From Yuukianura sp. NJ FZ-2021 (Eukaryota), in NCBI GenBank assembly GCA_046563655.1, contig CM102289.1:1488001-1552000 (forward strand): DNA of 64,000 nt. The letters are read 5' to 3'. The position numbers and the translations under genes were made by a program. Every line of letters starts with the position of its first letter. The stretch's first letter is position 1. This document shows positions 1 to 13,059 of the stretch, in pieces. The notes beneath the pieces were generated by a model. The model was not told the origin of the DNA and searched no databases. It was given only the letters and a program-made list of their open reading frames with translations.

Positions 1-3000
1 GTTTAGCCATTCGATATCCCTCTGTCAACATCTTCCATGAACTGCAATCCCAGTGTGGAAGGCCAGGATATGGCGGTTGACCCAAGCTGTAAATTTCCCA
101 CAATGTTACGCCGTAACTCCACACATCAGATTTCACAGAAAATTCCAAATCTCTCAAAGATTCAATTGCCATCCATTTTAGCGGAAGTGGACACTAAATT
201 TTAAATTTTCATTTTTCAAAATTCAAGCGCCATTTTCCAAATTTTAAGAATAGTTAACCTCAAGCCGTTGGACATAAACCGTGTAGTCGCTCAGTTGTTT
301 TGACAAACCGAAATCTCCTACTTTTGCTGTCAGGGACTCTGTCAACAGAATATTGCGGGCTACAAGCAAGCGTAAGTAAAAAATCAAAATAAATTCAAAA
401 CAGTATCATTTTCATAGTTGATTTTTTTTTCATAAAATAAAGTTATAGTGGGGTTAGTACTACACAAAAAGTAAATTCAAAGTTATGATTCAGAAATTTA
501 CCCGCCAGATCTCCATGCACAATCTGAAAATATGAACAACAAAAAACCGCATTTACATCAGAATTTGAAGTTTTCGTTTTTTTAAACATTTTATTTCAAC
601 GTTTTTTACTGAATGTCATACGTTTTTGTCGCTAAGAAATTCCATTCCGGAAGCAATTTCAGCAGCCCACCTCAGTAAGTCTTTCGAGGAAATTTTCTTT
701 ACCGAAACATTTTGGTAGTCAACGACACTAAATTTGATGTAAAATTTAGTTAACTTATTGTTAACTACAATTAAGTTAATTTAGTTGTCATTCAAAAAGT
801 AAAGTATCAGCATCTTTACCTGTGACGTGACGGTGTGTACCGTCCATGCGCAGCGAGATGATTGACAAACTGGTCTTTGTATTTTCGTAAATATTTTAAA
901 ACGTTTCCATTTGCACAGTACTCATAAATTAAATAAACTTCCCCTACAAATTAAGATGGCACCTAATTTTCAATTTCAATTACAATTCAAATTAGAACTT
1001 CAAAAATCTTACGTTTTTCTATATTTTGAGTACATCCGCCAATTAAGTTGACAATATGTTCATGTTGCCCCACGAAACAACAAATTTTGAGTTCTGACAA
1101 CAACACCTTGAGGTACGAAATGTCAGCAAATTTTTTGACTGTTTTGATTGCAATGTACGACTTGTCCAACTTCCCTCTCGTTACTTTTCCAAATTGCCCA
1201 TCGCCCAACACTTTGGATTCTGTAAAGAAAATTTCGAAAAAAAAGAAAAGAAAAAAAAAGAAGATTTTTATGAAAAGCAGTATTTGGAAATATTTAGTTT
1301 TATATTATACCAAATTTTATTTTTGATTTTGGAATTTCAAACTCTGTGTTGTATGGGTAGAAGAGCGGAGAATTTTCATTTTGCATTTGTTTATCTCCGT
1401 GAGTGAATTCGTGAATTTCCTCTTCCGTTAATTTTTGAATTTCGCGGTATTTGGCGCGTAATTTGAGGTAAACGACAAATCCAATTCCAAGCAAAACGAT
1501 TAGAACTAGAATTGGAAAGCCTATAACTACAGCTATGTGAAACCTCCCGGATGAATCTGTTAATTTCAAAAAAAAAAATTCAAATTTTTTTTTTTTTTTT
1601 TTGATTTCTTTGTAAAATTTTGAAATTTAAGAAAGCATACGTGTTATCGTGTGGTTGAGTTGCTTTTTTTCGTAAAATGAAATATCGGCTTCACATGTAT
1701 ACGTTTCAACCGAACCAGGATTTTTAGTAATTTTTAAAACCGAAGTTATTGCACTGCCGACTATTGTGCTGTTCCAGTGATCAGCATGTACTGCCTACAT
1801 AGACAAAAATGTCAACAACAATAATGTCAACAACAATAATGTCAACAACATAATGATCAACCCTGTGTAAGTATCGAAATTTATGTGTTACAATATCATT
1901 TTTCCTCCATGTAATCACAGGTACCGGTTCACCGGTTGCCGTACAATGCAGTTCAGTCACGCTGTTACCCTCGGTAACCTCTGTTATGTTCAAAATAGAG
2001 GGCGCCACTGATTCTGTATAAAGTTATTTCGAAAAAATATTTCAAAATATTTCCAAACAAATGAAAATTTTTGTTTTCAATTTTCCAAAGTTATTTTTTT
2101 GATCATACGTTTTACTATTACATCGAATGTGACTTTTTCCCAGTCATAAGAGTTCAACACAGGCCCAAAGCACATGACCTTTGATGTTCCAACCATCATA
2201 TCAGGAAACTCAATTTCAATTATGGAAAAATACGTTGTACGATCTTCATCCGTGAATTCGATTCCCACTCCTTGCAATATTAAAAAAAAGTTCTGAAAAA
2301 CTCAACTTCTAAGAAACTTTTCAAAATTTTGAAGCAAATTCCAAAACATTCCAGCATTCAAATGTGATAGGTAAGTGAAGTTTTAACTTTTGTTAAAATG
2401 ATATAATTCGTTAAGCCTAGGTTAATTATTTAATAATATATTGATTAATTATTAATGTATTTTTTACCCAAATACTCTAACTCTCCTGTTCCACTTTCGA
2501 TCCCCCATTGGAGTCCTTTTGAAAAATACCAAAGTGCTGCACTGCATTGGAGCTTCACTTTAGTTCCATTGTAGTATGCATGTTCTGCATTGGATCCTCC
2601 AATTTCGGAAACACGCAGCCGACTGGCAGTGGGAGTTAAGTTAGTGGCGGGAGTTTCTGAAATCCAAAAGACATTTTCAAAATTTCGAAACTTTTTGGAC
2701 TTTTTTGCAATGAGCTTACGGAAAAATGGAGTAAGGTCGAATCCATAGTAGACAATTTGTGCAAGTGAATTTCTTCTGTCGCCAACCAAGAATTTACAAA
2801 CTAAGGCGCCTGATTTGACTTGAAAAAGTGTACAGTTTTTGCTGGTACAAACCGCGTCAAAGTTGACTTGATTGTAGTTGACCAAATTGTCACATTCCTG
2901 AAGTTCAAAAATTTCAAATTTCTCAAAAAAAATTTCCAGATTTTCAAAATTTAGTTTTCTTTCTTTTACATACTAAGCGTAACTTACGCTTTGTCTAACA

Positions 3001-5994
3001 CTGGCGTTGCATTCGTCTGGATTTGCGCACTGGATAAAATCCGGCGTTGTCTTGAATCCTTCCGCATTTTCACAAAAAATCATTTTTTTCGTTACATCCA
3101 AATGCATTATCAAACTGCAATCCTTGTTCCGTCCATAACGTTCTCCCATTTTCCTATCGAGTTCTGTTAAGAGAAACACTTTTTTGAATTTACAGTTTTC
3201 AATTTTGTTTCAATTTTGAAACCATGGAAACACCTATCAAGATATGTTCAGTAGTGTTTGTGAATAGCAACAGAACTTTTTTTCTTGCACTGTTTTGATG
3301 CATCCGTGCGACTTTTGTTGTGCAGGTAAAGAATTTCGATTTGACATTTTCTGCACTTCTTTTCAAAATTCAGTACCCCACATGTGAAATAGAAACAGTT
3401 TTCATACCAATATGCTCAACCATATTTCCGTTTTTTGTTATGCGTACAACTTTTTCATCGTCAGAAAAGTTGTGCAAAAAAAAATCCCGCCAAGAAAGTT
3501 TCTTCTTTTACGTTGTCACGTTTTTGCACATTTTCCGCCTTCCATATTTGTGTGAAAACAACAAATAAAACAACAAAATGTGTTTCAGTATTACTGAAAC
3601 CGTTTTTACAAATCCCTAAGCGGATTCAAATGGAAAGTGTTTTGGTTGATTCTATTTTGTTTCAATAAGATGCACAATTGTCCGGTTTTGGGATTTCATA
3701 GAGTGCAACTGCTCTTTCAATTCCTAGTCAGAATTTTGCAGTCAAAAAATTTTCGGCGTTTTCGAAATTTTAGATCTGCACAATTTTCGTGCAGGTTTTG
3801 TTTCCTATGCACACTTTCGTTACACAACGACGGACTAAATACACGTCGAAGTTTTCAAAAAGGCAATTTATTGTTGAAAAGTTGCACAACGTTCTAGTCA
3901 CGACGGGCAAAAAATCAAAGTTCGGTGGAACTCTAAATGAAAATCGGTTTCAAAAAACCGTATAAAAACAAAGAAATCAGTTTGGTACCTCTTTGCATAA
4001 AAAAATTGGAAAACGGGTTTTCGAAAAACCATTCATTTGAATGTACCATGAAAAATCTTTGGTTTCAAAAAACCGCTTGCTTTTACACATTTGAAAATCA
4101 AAGTGTCTGTGCAGAAAGAGCGAGAAAGTTCACAAAAAAAAGTGTTTCTGCTCGCACTTTCGCTAGCGGTTTGAAAATTCAGTGCGTACAGCGTACGCAC
4201 CACGACGCAAACGTTTTGTTGCATTCACGCGATGCAAGTTTGCTATTCAAGGTCAAAGTTCAATATTCAAAACTATGTGGATTTGCAAATTCCTGCTGCA
4301 CTTTGTATTGTGTAAATATTTTTGTTGGTTTGTTCGAAATTACAGCACACCTAATGTATACTATTATTATTGTTCATGCCACTCAGGTCGAATGTGGTCG
4401 GCTGTAGGTGGTCGTGAAGTTTATCAGTGGTAGGTGGTCGTAAAGTTATCAGTGCTACGTGGCCGTGATGTTATCAGTGGTAGGTGGTCGTGAAGTTATC
4501 AGTGGTAGGTGGTCGTGATAAGTTATCAGTGGTAGGTCTGAAGTTATCAGTGTTAAATGGTGGTGAAGTTATCAGTGGTAGGTGGTCGTGAAGTTATCAG
4601 TGGTAGGTGGTCGTGATGTTATCAGTGGTAGGTGGTCGTGAAGTTATCAGTGGTAGGTGGTCGTGATAAGTTATCAGTGGTAGGTCTGAAGTTATCAGTG
4701 TTAAATGGTGGTGAAGTTATCAGTGGTAGGTGGTCGTGAAGTTATCAGTGGTAGGTGGTCGTGAAGTTATCGATGGTAGGTAGCCGTAGGTATGGGGCTG
4801 AAGTGGTTGGTGGTCGGAGCTTTCAAATCACGGTTTTACACACATTACGGGAGTGCATAATTTCTTTATGCTAATGCAAACGTTTACCTTTGATTTTCAG
4901 CCATATGCACAATTTCCAGCTTTTTTTACGTAAAAGATGTATAGTTTTTGAATTTGCAGTTACTCAAGGTAAAAGTTGTACAGCGTTTCAGCGTCTGCAC
5001 AATTTTCAGAATTTTCCAACATAAAAGTTGTGCAAAATTCGAAATCTTGTACAATTCTCAGTATCCTTGTTGAAACATGCTGTCTACGGTTTGCATTTTG
5101 CACAGTCTTCAGATTTTTGCAGCATCAACAACAAAGGAGTCGTGCAAGCTTTTGTGTAGTTCGCACAATTTTCTAAATTTTAGCATGCTGAAAAGTTGTC
5201 AAGGTTTTAGACCATGCACAATTTTCAGACTTTTTAAAAATTTGAAGTGTCTTTGGTTCTTTCTTTTGCACAACTTTTTATGATGTTGACTGCACAAAAC
5301 TTGCTTGTTTGCTTTCATTTTGTTCGGATTTCCAGAAATATGTTTTTGGTTTTGTTGTTTTTAAAATGTAGAATTTTCAACAATAGTTTGAATTGGCGTC
5401 GTAGCAACACAAAATTTAAGAAATGACTTACTTTCATTAAAATCCAATTGACCATTTAGAATTCCTCCGTCGGTGCTCGTGATGTTTACTTTGCAGTTGA
5501 CCGAATTAAGTTCGAAGTGGTGACATGATGCAATTTGGTGCAGAACTTTACTCGGATTGTTTGTAAATCGAATGACAACTTCTGACCAAAACTCCATCTG
5601 TCCACTGCGCATGTCTGTTACATGTCTTCCTTTGTCTATATGCCACTCCTTGATGTTGGAACCCACCTTGTGCTGAAAGTCAAAATTTCACAAAAGTTGA
5701 CAATCAAATTTTCGAACTTTTTTTTCTAAAATTGAATAGTTTTCTAACAGGAGAAGGAACCATCATCCACTTTGTAGGATAGGAAGCCCAACACGTAAGC
5801 TGAATCGTTTCTACATTTCCGGCAAATTTGAAATTCCCTGAACTGTCCGGAACCACTTCGACGGCTGATTGGCCAATGGACGTTTTCTGCAAAATGTCAA
5901 TTCTGGGGCTCTTCAAGTCAAGTGCCACCGATACTCCAAATAAACTGACCACACAAACAACCGATTTTGAAAAAGTGGAATTTTCTGGTTTCAT
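1..5994 (-). CDS. PDGF/VEGF-receptor-related (Pvr-like) receptor tyrosine kinase, multi-exon, 3' end outside window
   Basis: Spliced minus-strand reading: signal peptide ([14 protein letters not shown]) after ATG ~5994; Ig-like exons ([32 protein letters not shown]); [26 protein letters not shown] (~1465-1535); kinase [31 protein letters not shown] (split over ~502-523 and ~359), [41 protein letters not shown] is characteristic of arthropod Pvr. GT-AG introns. Confidence 0.88.
1810..1852. repeat. 15-bp tandem repeat (TGTCAACAACAATAA x~3) in an RTK intron
   Basis: Directly visible; produces the spurious VVDII repeat in the ORF track. Confidence 0.8.
3280..5310. mobile_element. Probable degenerate repeat/transposon insertion filling the large RTK intron
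   Basis: ~2.2 kb intron versus ~60-120 bp elsewhere in the gene; about nine same-orientation TGCACAAWTTT-like motifs flank the minisatellite; no TIR or TSD resolved. Confidence 0.35.
4404..4790. repeat. 25-bp minisatellite (GTAGGTGGTCGTGAAGTTATCAGTG, ~15 units) with a 148-bp higher-order duplication
   Basis: Unit visible throughout; the variant block GATAAGTTATC...GGTCTGAAG...GTTAAATGG recurs at 4517 and 4665. Confidence 0.92.
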
Positions 5995-7417
5995 TTTCTG
6001 CAGGAGAGTGGAGAATGAAAGTGTAACTTTCAAACTCTTTGGATGAAATGAAATTTAAAAAATGTAAGTTAAAACAGCTTAATTTTGCGAACGTAAGCAT
6101 TTCCGGTTTCCGGGTTTATTTTTTGAGTCATTTGCTGACCACAAATGTAACATCGAAGTCAAGGTTAAAATGGCAAAGTTTTAGTAACTTTTTTTTCCTC
6201 ATGATGCTCTATTTTCCAAAACCGAGGCATGAATCCCAAGTAAGTCAAGGCGACATTGGGATTGGATTTTTTAGGAATCACATCAATGGAATCACATCAA
6301 ATTCAATATGACACTTTTAGTTGTTCCAAGGACGACCTACGCATGCTTCCAAAGTTTGGAATCCAACCATAATGCTCCTTACGCTTGAAATTTTTTTCAA
6401 GTTAAACATCATGTTTGAAAGGCATAAAATTGAAAATTATGTTTCAAAATTTGAAAAATTGCATTCTCAGATATTCATGATGAAAGTTCAAATTGTGCCC
6501 AACACTGAATTGGTGCCAACGCGTGTTGTGTGAGTAGCTTTTTGTCTTGCCAAGGGAATTATCCAGCACAGAAATACCATTGCAAAACATCCAAAATTTC
6601 CAAAAGTTTCAAAATTGACGCCTTGCCATCTCATTTTCTATTTTTTTTTAAATTATTAAACTAATCAACACGTAGTTAGAATATAATTAACTGAAAGTGA
6701 TTCGAAACAGGCTTTGTTTTTGTGATTCAATAAGAATGATGGTGATTACAAAATTGGTATAAAACTGCCTCAGATTTAAAGTATTTTAAAAGTGTTAGTT
6801 TTGCAATTGCAATCGTAGTTTTGCAAAATGTCAAATCTCTTACCCTGCAAAACTAAATTTTGAATTGAGATCTTATCTCCAATTCAGCTGATTTTCGCAA
6901 ATCATAACTTTTCTGCGAAACAAATCAATTCAATTACTGTTTGAGAGGGGGGTGTTTATCCTTGAAGCTGAAACAGAAAACTTGTCGTCCTTCTCACCAT
7001 GTCCATGGCCCTGGCGTACCTAACTGTAGAATATACCCACTAGTGACATTGTGACAAGGTCAACACGTACGTACACGATCATAGACCAACAAACTTTAAG
7101 GAAAAAGGGTGAGAGTTACCTACAACCTCCATTACATTTTTGCCACATTGTCGTATCGTTTTTGTTTTCTTAAGGTATACCGATTGAGAAAGAAAACTGT
7201 TTCCAAGGGGACCGGATTCCATTGACGTCAGTTTAACGAGGAAGTTAGGTGAAACAACAACAAATCCCTGAAGCATTGGATTCTGAAGAGGAAGACGCAG
7301 GACATTCACAGACCGACACTCTGGTTGTGCATAGGAAGACCGAAATTGAACTGCGGATGTCATAACTCATAAGTTCAAAAGGCTTGAAATCTAAAAGTCT
7401 TCCCGAAATTCGTAACA

Positions 7418-10400
7418 ATGGTCCTCCGTAACAAGATCTTCCAGGCCTGCGAATCTCTCCTGCGGGTTCCTCCGTTGCTCGTCATCGATGAGATATTCCG
7501 ACATAACTTTGGACTTGGCGACAAATGGGTTATGAGTGACAGTGACTCTGGGATAATTTGGAGTGAAGATTCGACGGAAGCTGTCATTGAAGAAGTACCA
7601 CTTCCACTATATGTGCCACCATTTGTTTCGTCGTTGATCCAAGGCGTGACTTCCATATCTGGTATCTTCGGGTCTCTGCTCAATTCGGCATCAATTGATG
7701 ATTCCTCTGGTAGTGCCCCGTTAGAAGATCCTGTTCACTACATGCGTCTAGAGATAGAAGGATTCGATGCTGCCCAGACTGTACTCGGCGACATTTTTAA
7801 AGTTCTCAAAGTTCTTTTTCTGCTTCAAGGTAAGTACATTTACGAATTACAATAACAATTAAGTTTGACATTGCAATTAACTAAATACTTTACGTTTTGA
7901 TTTTTGCAGTATGCGTAGCTGCCCTCGTGTGCTTTGTTCTGTCTACAAAGAATCTAGTGAAACTCTATTCGTACCTGCTGGCTTTCTCGTCAGTTTACTT
8001 AAGCTGGTATGTCAAACCTCTGATGGTGACGACACTATGCTGGGCGACGACTCGTCGTTTGTTGCTGAACATTGCCGTTCGAGGCTTCCTTGCAGCGACA
8101 TACTTCGTCAGCAGAATGTGGCCAGGCGGATACCCTTACTGCCCACATTCTGCCATATCCGCTGCAATTTTAAACGTCATGGATGCGTTGATGTTTTCGC
8201 TATTCTTTGTGTCCGGAGTTGTTGCAATTCCGGAATTCATGTTCTTCTCGATCGTCCTTCTCCTTCAGGTAAGCTGGTTTTGACATACAACTTATCGTTA
8301 GTTTTGATTCAAAACTTGACTTACAATAATTTTAAAACTTGTATGTTTCTCAGGGATCACTCTGGGTAGGAGTTCCGAAACTTTATCACTTTCTTTGTGC
8401 TTCCTGGGAAGACACAAAGCGGGTACGAAACGATTATGGAATCAGTCATCTCATTCAGCGTGAAACAGGCAGGCTTCGGATCAACGTCGTTTTTCGTCTC
8501 TTTTGGCTATCACGAGCACTTTTTGACCTGTTTGTCAATCTTCCCAATCATTCTCTTTCAAATACACTTCGATTAGTCACTACAAATGGAACTGAAACAC
8601 TTCTCGGCATCATTGGACTTACCCTGACAGTTTCAGGACTCGCTCACCAGGTCAGCATTCACTAACAAGCTAATTTAGTAGTTAAACTTGCTAACATTAG
8701 CTGCAAACTTTTACATTTGAAAATGACATTTTAACGTTTTGTGTACAGATTGGTGCCTTTCTCATGTGGATATTATACCGAGGGACAAATTCTGAAGCGG
8801 ACGTAAATCGCTTTGGATCAATCACGACCGTACTTTTTTTCATTTTGTGTCTCCAGACTTCCTCACGTCGCTAATGCCAGATAAACGGTTAGACAGACTG
8901 ATGAAAAACATGGTGTTGTTATCAACGGCGTTGCTACACGCCGTGCACCAAATGGTAACTCTCGATCAACGTTTGTGAAACGTAAACTGATTTACCAATT
9001 TGCATTTTTGTTTAAATCTTGTAGGTGGCTCCACTTCTTCATGCCTTTCGATCCTTCCGGGCACTACAAATTCGTGCAGCGGTGCTATCAGTAGTCTTCC
9101 TCGTGGGTTCCTTCTGGTGTTGCCTTGTTCTTCTTTACTCATCCGAAATATCAACATGGTCCATGGCAGTACTAGGTACTTAAAAACTGTCAATGATTTA
9201 AAAACTGGCGGGAAAAGAAAATTTTAACCGTTTTTGTTGTATTTTTACAGCTTTAGCACTGGAATTCAAGATCAAAATTATCGTGTCTCTTCTCGTTTCA
9301 CTCTTTGTGTACTTTGCTCAACGTGTGGACACGCCGACAGTAGTACATCGAATCCGTATGTCGCTTCGTGCCTTAGTGCCAGACGCCCTTGCCCATTTCG
9401 TAACAACTTTTGGCGACCAGTTGGACAACGACGACATCATCTTCTACCTCAAAGCGTTCTCTCAAAGTGCCGAATTTGTCACGGGAATCTTCCTCCTGGG
9501 GAATGCCGTGTGGATATTTCTGTTTGAGTCGGCATCAGCCATTCGCGGTAAAAAAACTTTTCTGGATTCTAAATGTACAAGCGCGAGATTTAAATTTTTC
9601 ATTTTTTTTATGTTCATATTTCAAAGCTCTGGGTATGGCTATTCACGCTTACTTTAACATTTGGCTGGAAGGAAAGAAAGGCTGGAGAGTTTATGTTCAA
9701 CGACGGTCGGCGTCCAGGAAAATTGACTCGCTGAGTGACGCTACTGCTGAGCAATTGGAGCAAAGGCGGGACGACGTCTGTGCAATTTGTTATGTACGAA
9801 TTTATTAATTCATTTATGAAATTAATGAATTAGTCTTAGATTTACATTACTTTTTGTGTGATTTCAATTCAGGAGGAAATGGATTCCGCTAAAGTGACAC
9901 TGTGTGGTCATCTGTTCCATGCCGCTTGTCTCCGGAAGTGGCTTTACATCCAGAATACTTGTCCTCTGTGTCATGAGATTCTGTATGCGGAAGAAGGGGT
10001 GGAGCAGCATGAGGGAGATGACCTTGTCCCCCCAGTGGACAACAATAGAAACAATGAAGGGAACAATAGAAATGAAGGGCGACATCGACCAGCAGCAGTT
10101 GCTAATCGTAACCTTGATGATACCACGGAAGAGTCGGACTCGGATTCGGATTTGGACATACAGCAAAGTAGCCAGCGCTTGGCTTATGCAGATCGTAGCC
10201 ATCTACCGGTCATATACACAAGCGATGACGGATTTGATGACATTGAACAAGAACTTCAATATTATGAAGCTAGAACTGCATCTCCAATTTTCTTGTCAAC
10301 ACAATCGAGGGGTCAAGGTCAGGGGTCAAGTCAAGGTCAGGGGTCGAGTGAAGTTACATTAAGAAACGCTTCTACAATTAATAGAGGACCAATCGGTAGC

Positions 10401-10442
10401 GTAGTAGCAACGCGGCACGCGAGGGACGCCGATTTGAGATAA
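7418..10442 (+). CDS. TRC8: TRC8/RNF139-RNF145 family multi-pass membrane RING-H2 E3 ubiquitin ligase
   Basis: N-terminal LRVPPLLVIDEIF, several hydrophobic exons, GMAIHAYFNIWLEGKKGW, RING-H2 DVCAICY|EEMDSAKVTLCGHLFHAACLRKWLYIQNTCPLCH, acidic tail. One apparent 1-nt deletion at ~8861. Confidence 0.85.
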
Positions 10443-10885
10443 TACCAATCCTCCTTATAACCCGTTTTTAGTTCTTACAATTTCGAAATTAAATGCGCCT
10501 TCCAAATTCTGTTTTTAAAAATCTTTTATTTTTGTGTGTCTTTTACAACGTTTTAGTTTCAAGTTTTTAATTTAATTAATTAGTTAATTTTAAGTAATTT
10601 AATGTATTGGGTTGTGCATTAGAGTTAACTTGCTTTAACTATTTATCGTTTAACATCAACAGTGGCGCTTCTTTAATATTAGTCTGACTGAATAAACTCG
10701 AGTTTGCCAAAGATACTTCGACAAAACCAAGGAGAAAATGCTTTAGGAAAAGTTTGTTAAAAAATTCAAAGTACTTGGAAGTTAACTTAGTTCTGATCGA
10801 AACGATTTACAAACTTTGTACTTATTTCAGCAACAGTAACTCATTTAGCGCTGGAGAAAATTAGGTACATAAATTGGGAAAGGTC

Positions 10886-11042
10886 TAGGGCTGTTCAAGT
10901 TCCGTTTCGTTTCGTTTCGCAGTGGAAACGAAGCTGAAACGGCACACAATGAAACAGAAACGAAACGGGTAAAAATTGAAGAAAATCAGAACCCGAAACG
11001 TACTCCGTTTCGGTTTCTGGAACCGGAACTTGTACAGCCCCA
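10886..11042. mobile_element. Short MITE, hAT-like
   Basis: 19-bp TIRs TAGGGCTGTTCAAGTTCCG / CGGAACTTGTACAGCCCCA (2 mismatches); internal GTTTC/GAAAC repeats; flanks GAAAGGTC and GAAATGCC resemble a decayed 8-bp TSD. Confidence 0.7.
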
Positions 11043-11227
11043 GAAATGCCTTAATGTTTAAAATTACATACCCGAAAGTCTAGATTTATTTGTTATAGTA
11101 AAGAAAGTTCAAGTGTGTAAAGTTGGCAATCGAGTAGAGCAGTACAAAATTGCACACATGAACACTAACGACAAGGCTTAACTGGAAAAGATTCAGCAGT
11201 TTCGAGCGTTTAATCGAAACGTTGCGA

Positions 11228-12278
11228 TCAATTGTCGCTTGAGGATGCATGTTGTTCATCATCTTCCGAATATCCTAACCCGGAGGGTGCGACGTGATTG
11301 ACGCTAATTGGAGCGCTCAATGGAACAGGCATTTCGTCTCCCGCTTCTTCTGCTTCCAAAGTGCCATCAACCCATTGTCCATTGGAAAACTGTAAGGAAA
11401 AATCATTTAGAAGGCGTAACACTTTATAGTTAACTTCGTTATGGTATGTGCAATCTTAAATGTGCGATGTATTGATGCATGGTATGTTGGTGTTTGGTGC
11501 CATTTTGTGTTCTGCTACGAATTTCACAAACCCCTACTAGCTGATGAGTATGCAATCTAAACGCAATAAATTCCTAACGTGAGAAGATGCAAAAGTTTTC
11601 GCATGACGGTTAAAAATGCTTGGAACCCTAATTTAAAAGACTAATTCTACTCGTCCTAATTTCCTAAATTGAATCCTTCAGACTAAGTAATTAGTCAAAT
11701 AGTTTTAAAATTGCCAATTTACAACATGTCTAAAAAAGTAAAGTAGAAGTAACCTGAATAAGTCCCTTCGTGCCAAATCCGTCCAGTTTAATTGCTAAGG
11801 AGTGATAATCTGTACAAAGTAGTGAGTTAGCCATTGTAGGTTTTTAAAATGTAAAACTGGATTCGCTTTAATTTATTACCAGTGTGTGACATAGACAAGA
11901 TCATTTCCAAAATGGTTCCGTCAGGACGAGCAACAGTCAGCTTCAGTTTGTTTCCATTGTCGTCCTGAGCGATTGCGCCGGGCGATCCTTTCCCAAACTC
12001 AACTTGAAATGGATCTGAAATGTAATGTGTTGTGTTAATACATGAAATTTCGTTTGATCAATTCAGAGACTTAATTCTTAATGTTTCATTTAATCCCTGT
12101 TACCTGGTGAGAATGGTGGTGGTGGAAACAAGTCGAAACGAATTCGACCTGTGACAACATTGGCGTGTAGTTCCCAAGCAACATTCTCTAGCTGCAAATG
12201 ATGATAAAAAATCGGTTGATTGGTAGTCAGCGTGAAACCAAAAAGGCCTTCACAATTTAACCGAAAAGATCCTTCCAT
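11228..12278 (-). CDS. Orphan 4-exon gene, ~177 aa, unknown function
   Basis: Exons ~12278-12104, ~12014-11880, ~11809-11754, ~11389-11228 join in frame through GT-AG introns: MEGSFRLNCEG...FPPPPFSP-DPFQVEFGKG...MSHT-DYHSLAIKLDGFGTKGLIQ-FSNGQWVDG...SSDN*. Confidence 0.7.
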
Positions 12279-13059
12279 CACTACTAACTTCGGAGTCCAC
12301 AATTACGTAGAAAAGCAAGTAAAAGTATTGTAGTACAAACTATAATCAACAGTGTAATTTGAGTGCTGCTCCAACCTTGACCAACTTCCAAATCCAATTG
12401 CTGTAACAGGATAGTTGAAAACTTTTTAAAAAATATTGAAATTCAGGAAACTAATGCTTTTTTTAGAACTTTGGAAGGTCAAAAACGTTCAAAAGAAACA
12501 TGTTGAAACAATAGGGATTAACTTTTTGGATTTTAGAAAAGATATTTCCAATCATGTTTGGGTTAAACGCCTAAGTAAACAATTTTTGAATTTTCTTTTG
12601 AGATAATTAAAGACACTTCCAAATAAATTTTCATGTATTCAAAAAGAAAAACAAACAACTTCTTAAATTTTCATACGGAGTTACCATTACTGTTTTTTTC
12701 ATTGTCAAAATCTAAATTTCCAAATCTCAGCCTTGATTTTCAGTTTCCTAGAAGTATATACTTAAGTACTACACATAATTACTACGATAACCTCAATTCC
12801 AGTTTCAGTTTGAAAGAAGATTAAAACACACATAAAAAGTGCAGGACAATATGAACTGGGTTGAAGTTCAATTTATGTTTTTTAACACTAAAATTGTAAA
12901 TTGGTATTCAAGGAGTATTATAATAGCAACGCTAATTTAAACATAATTACCGCTCACGAAATATTAAAAAACGGAGGAATTCGACCTAAAATCCGACAGT
13001 CAGGTTTTAGTTTTTTCGAAAAGGTTGTCTAACGCCAACAATAAAACAGTTTTTTTTAA

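Noticed and set aside
680..730. Frameshift in the RTK kinase-insert exon
   Set aside because: Careful re-reading gives a continuous frame, [21 protein letters not shown].
4404..4790. CRISPR array
   Set aside because: Head-to-tail units with no spacers; a minisatellite.
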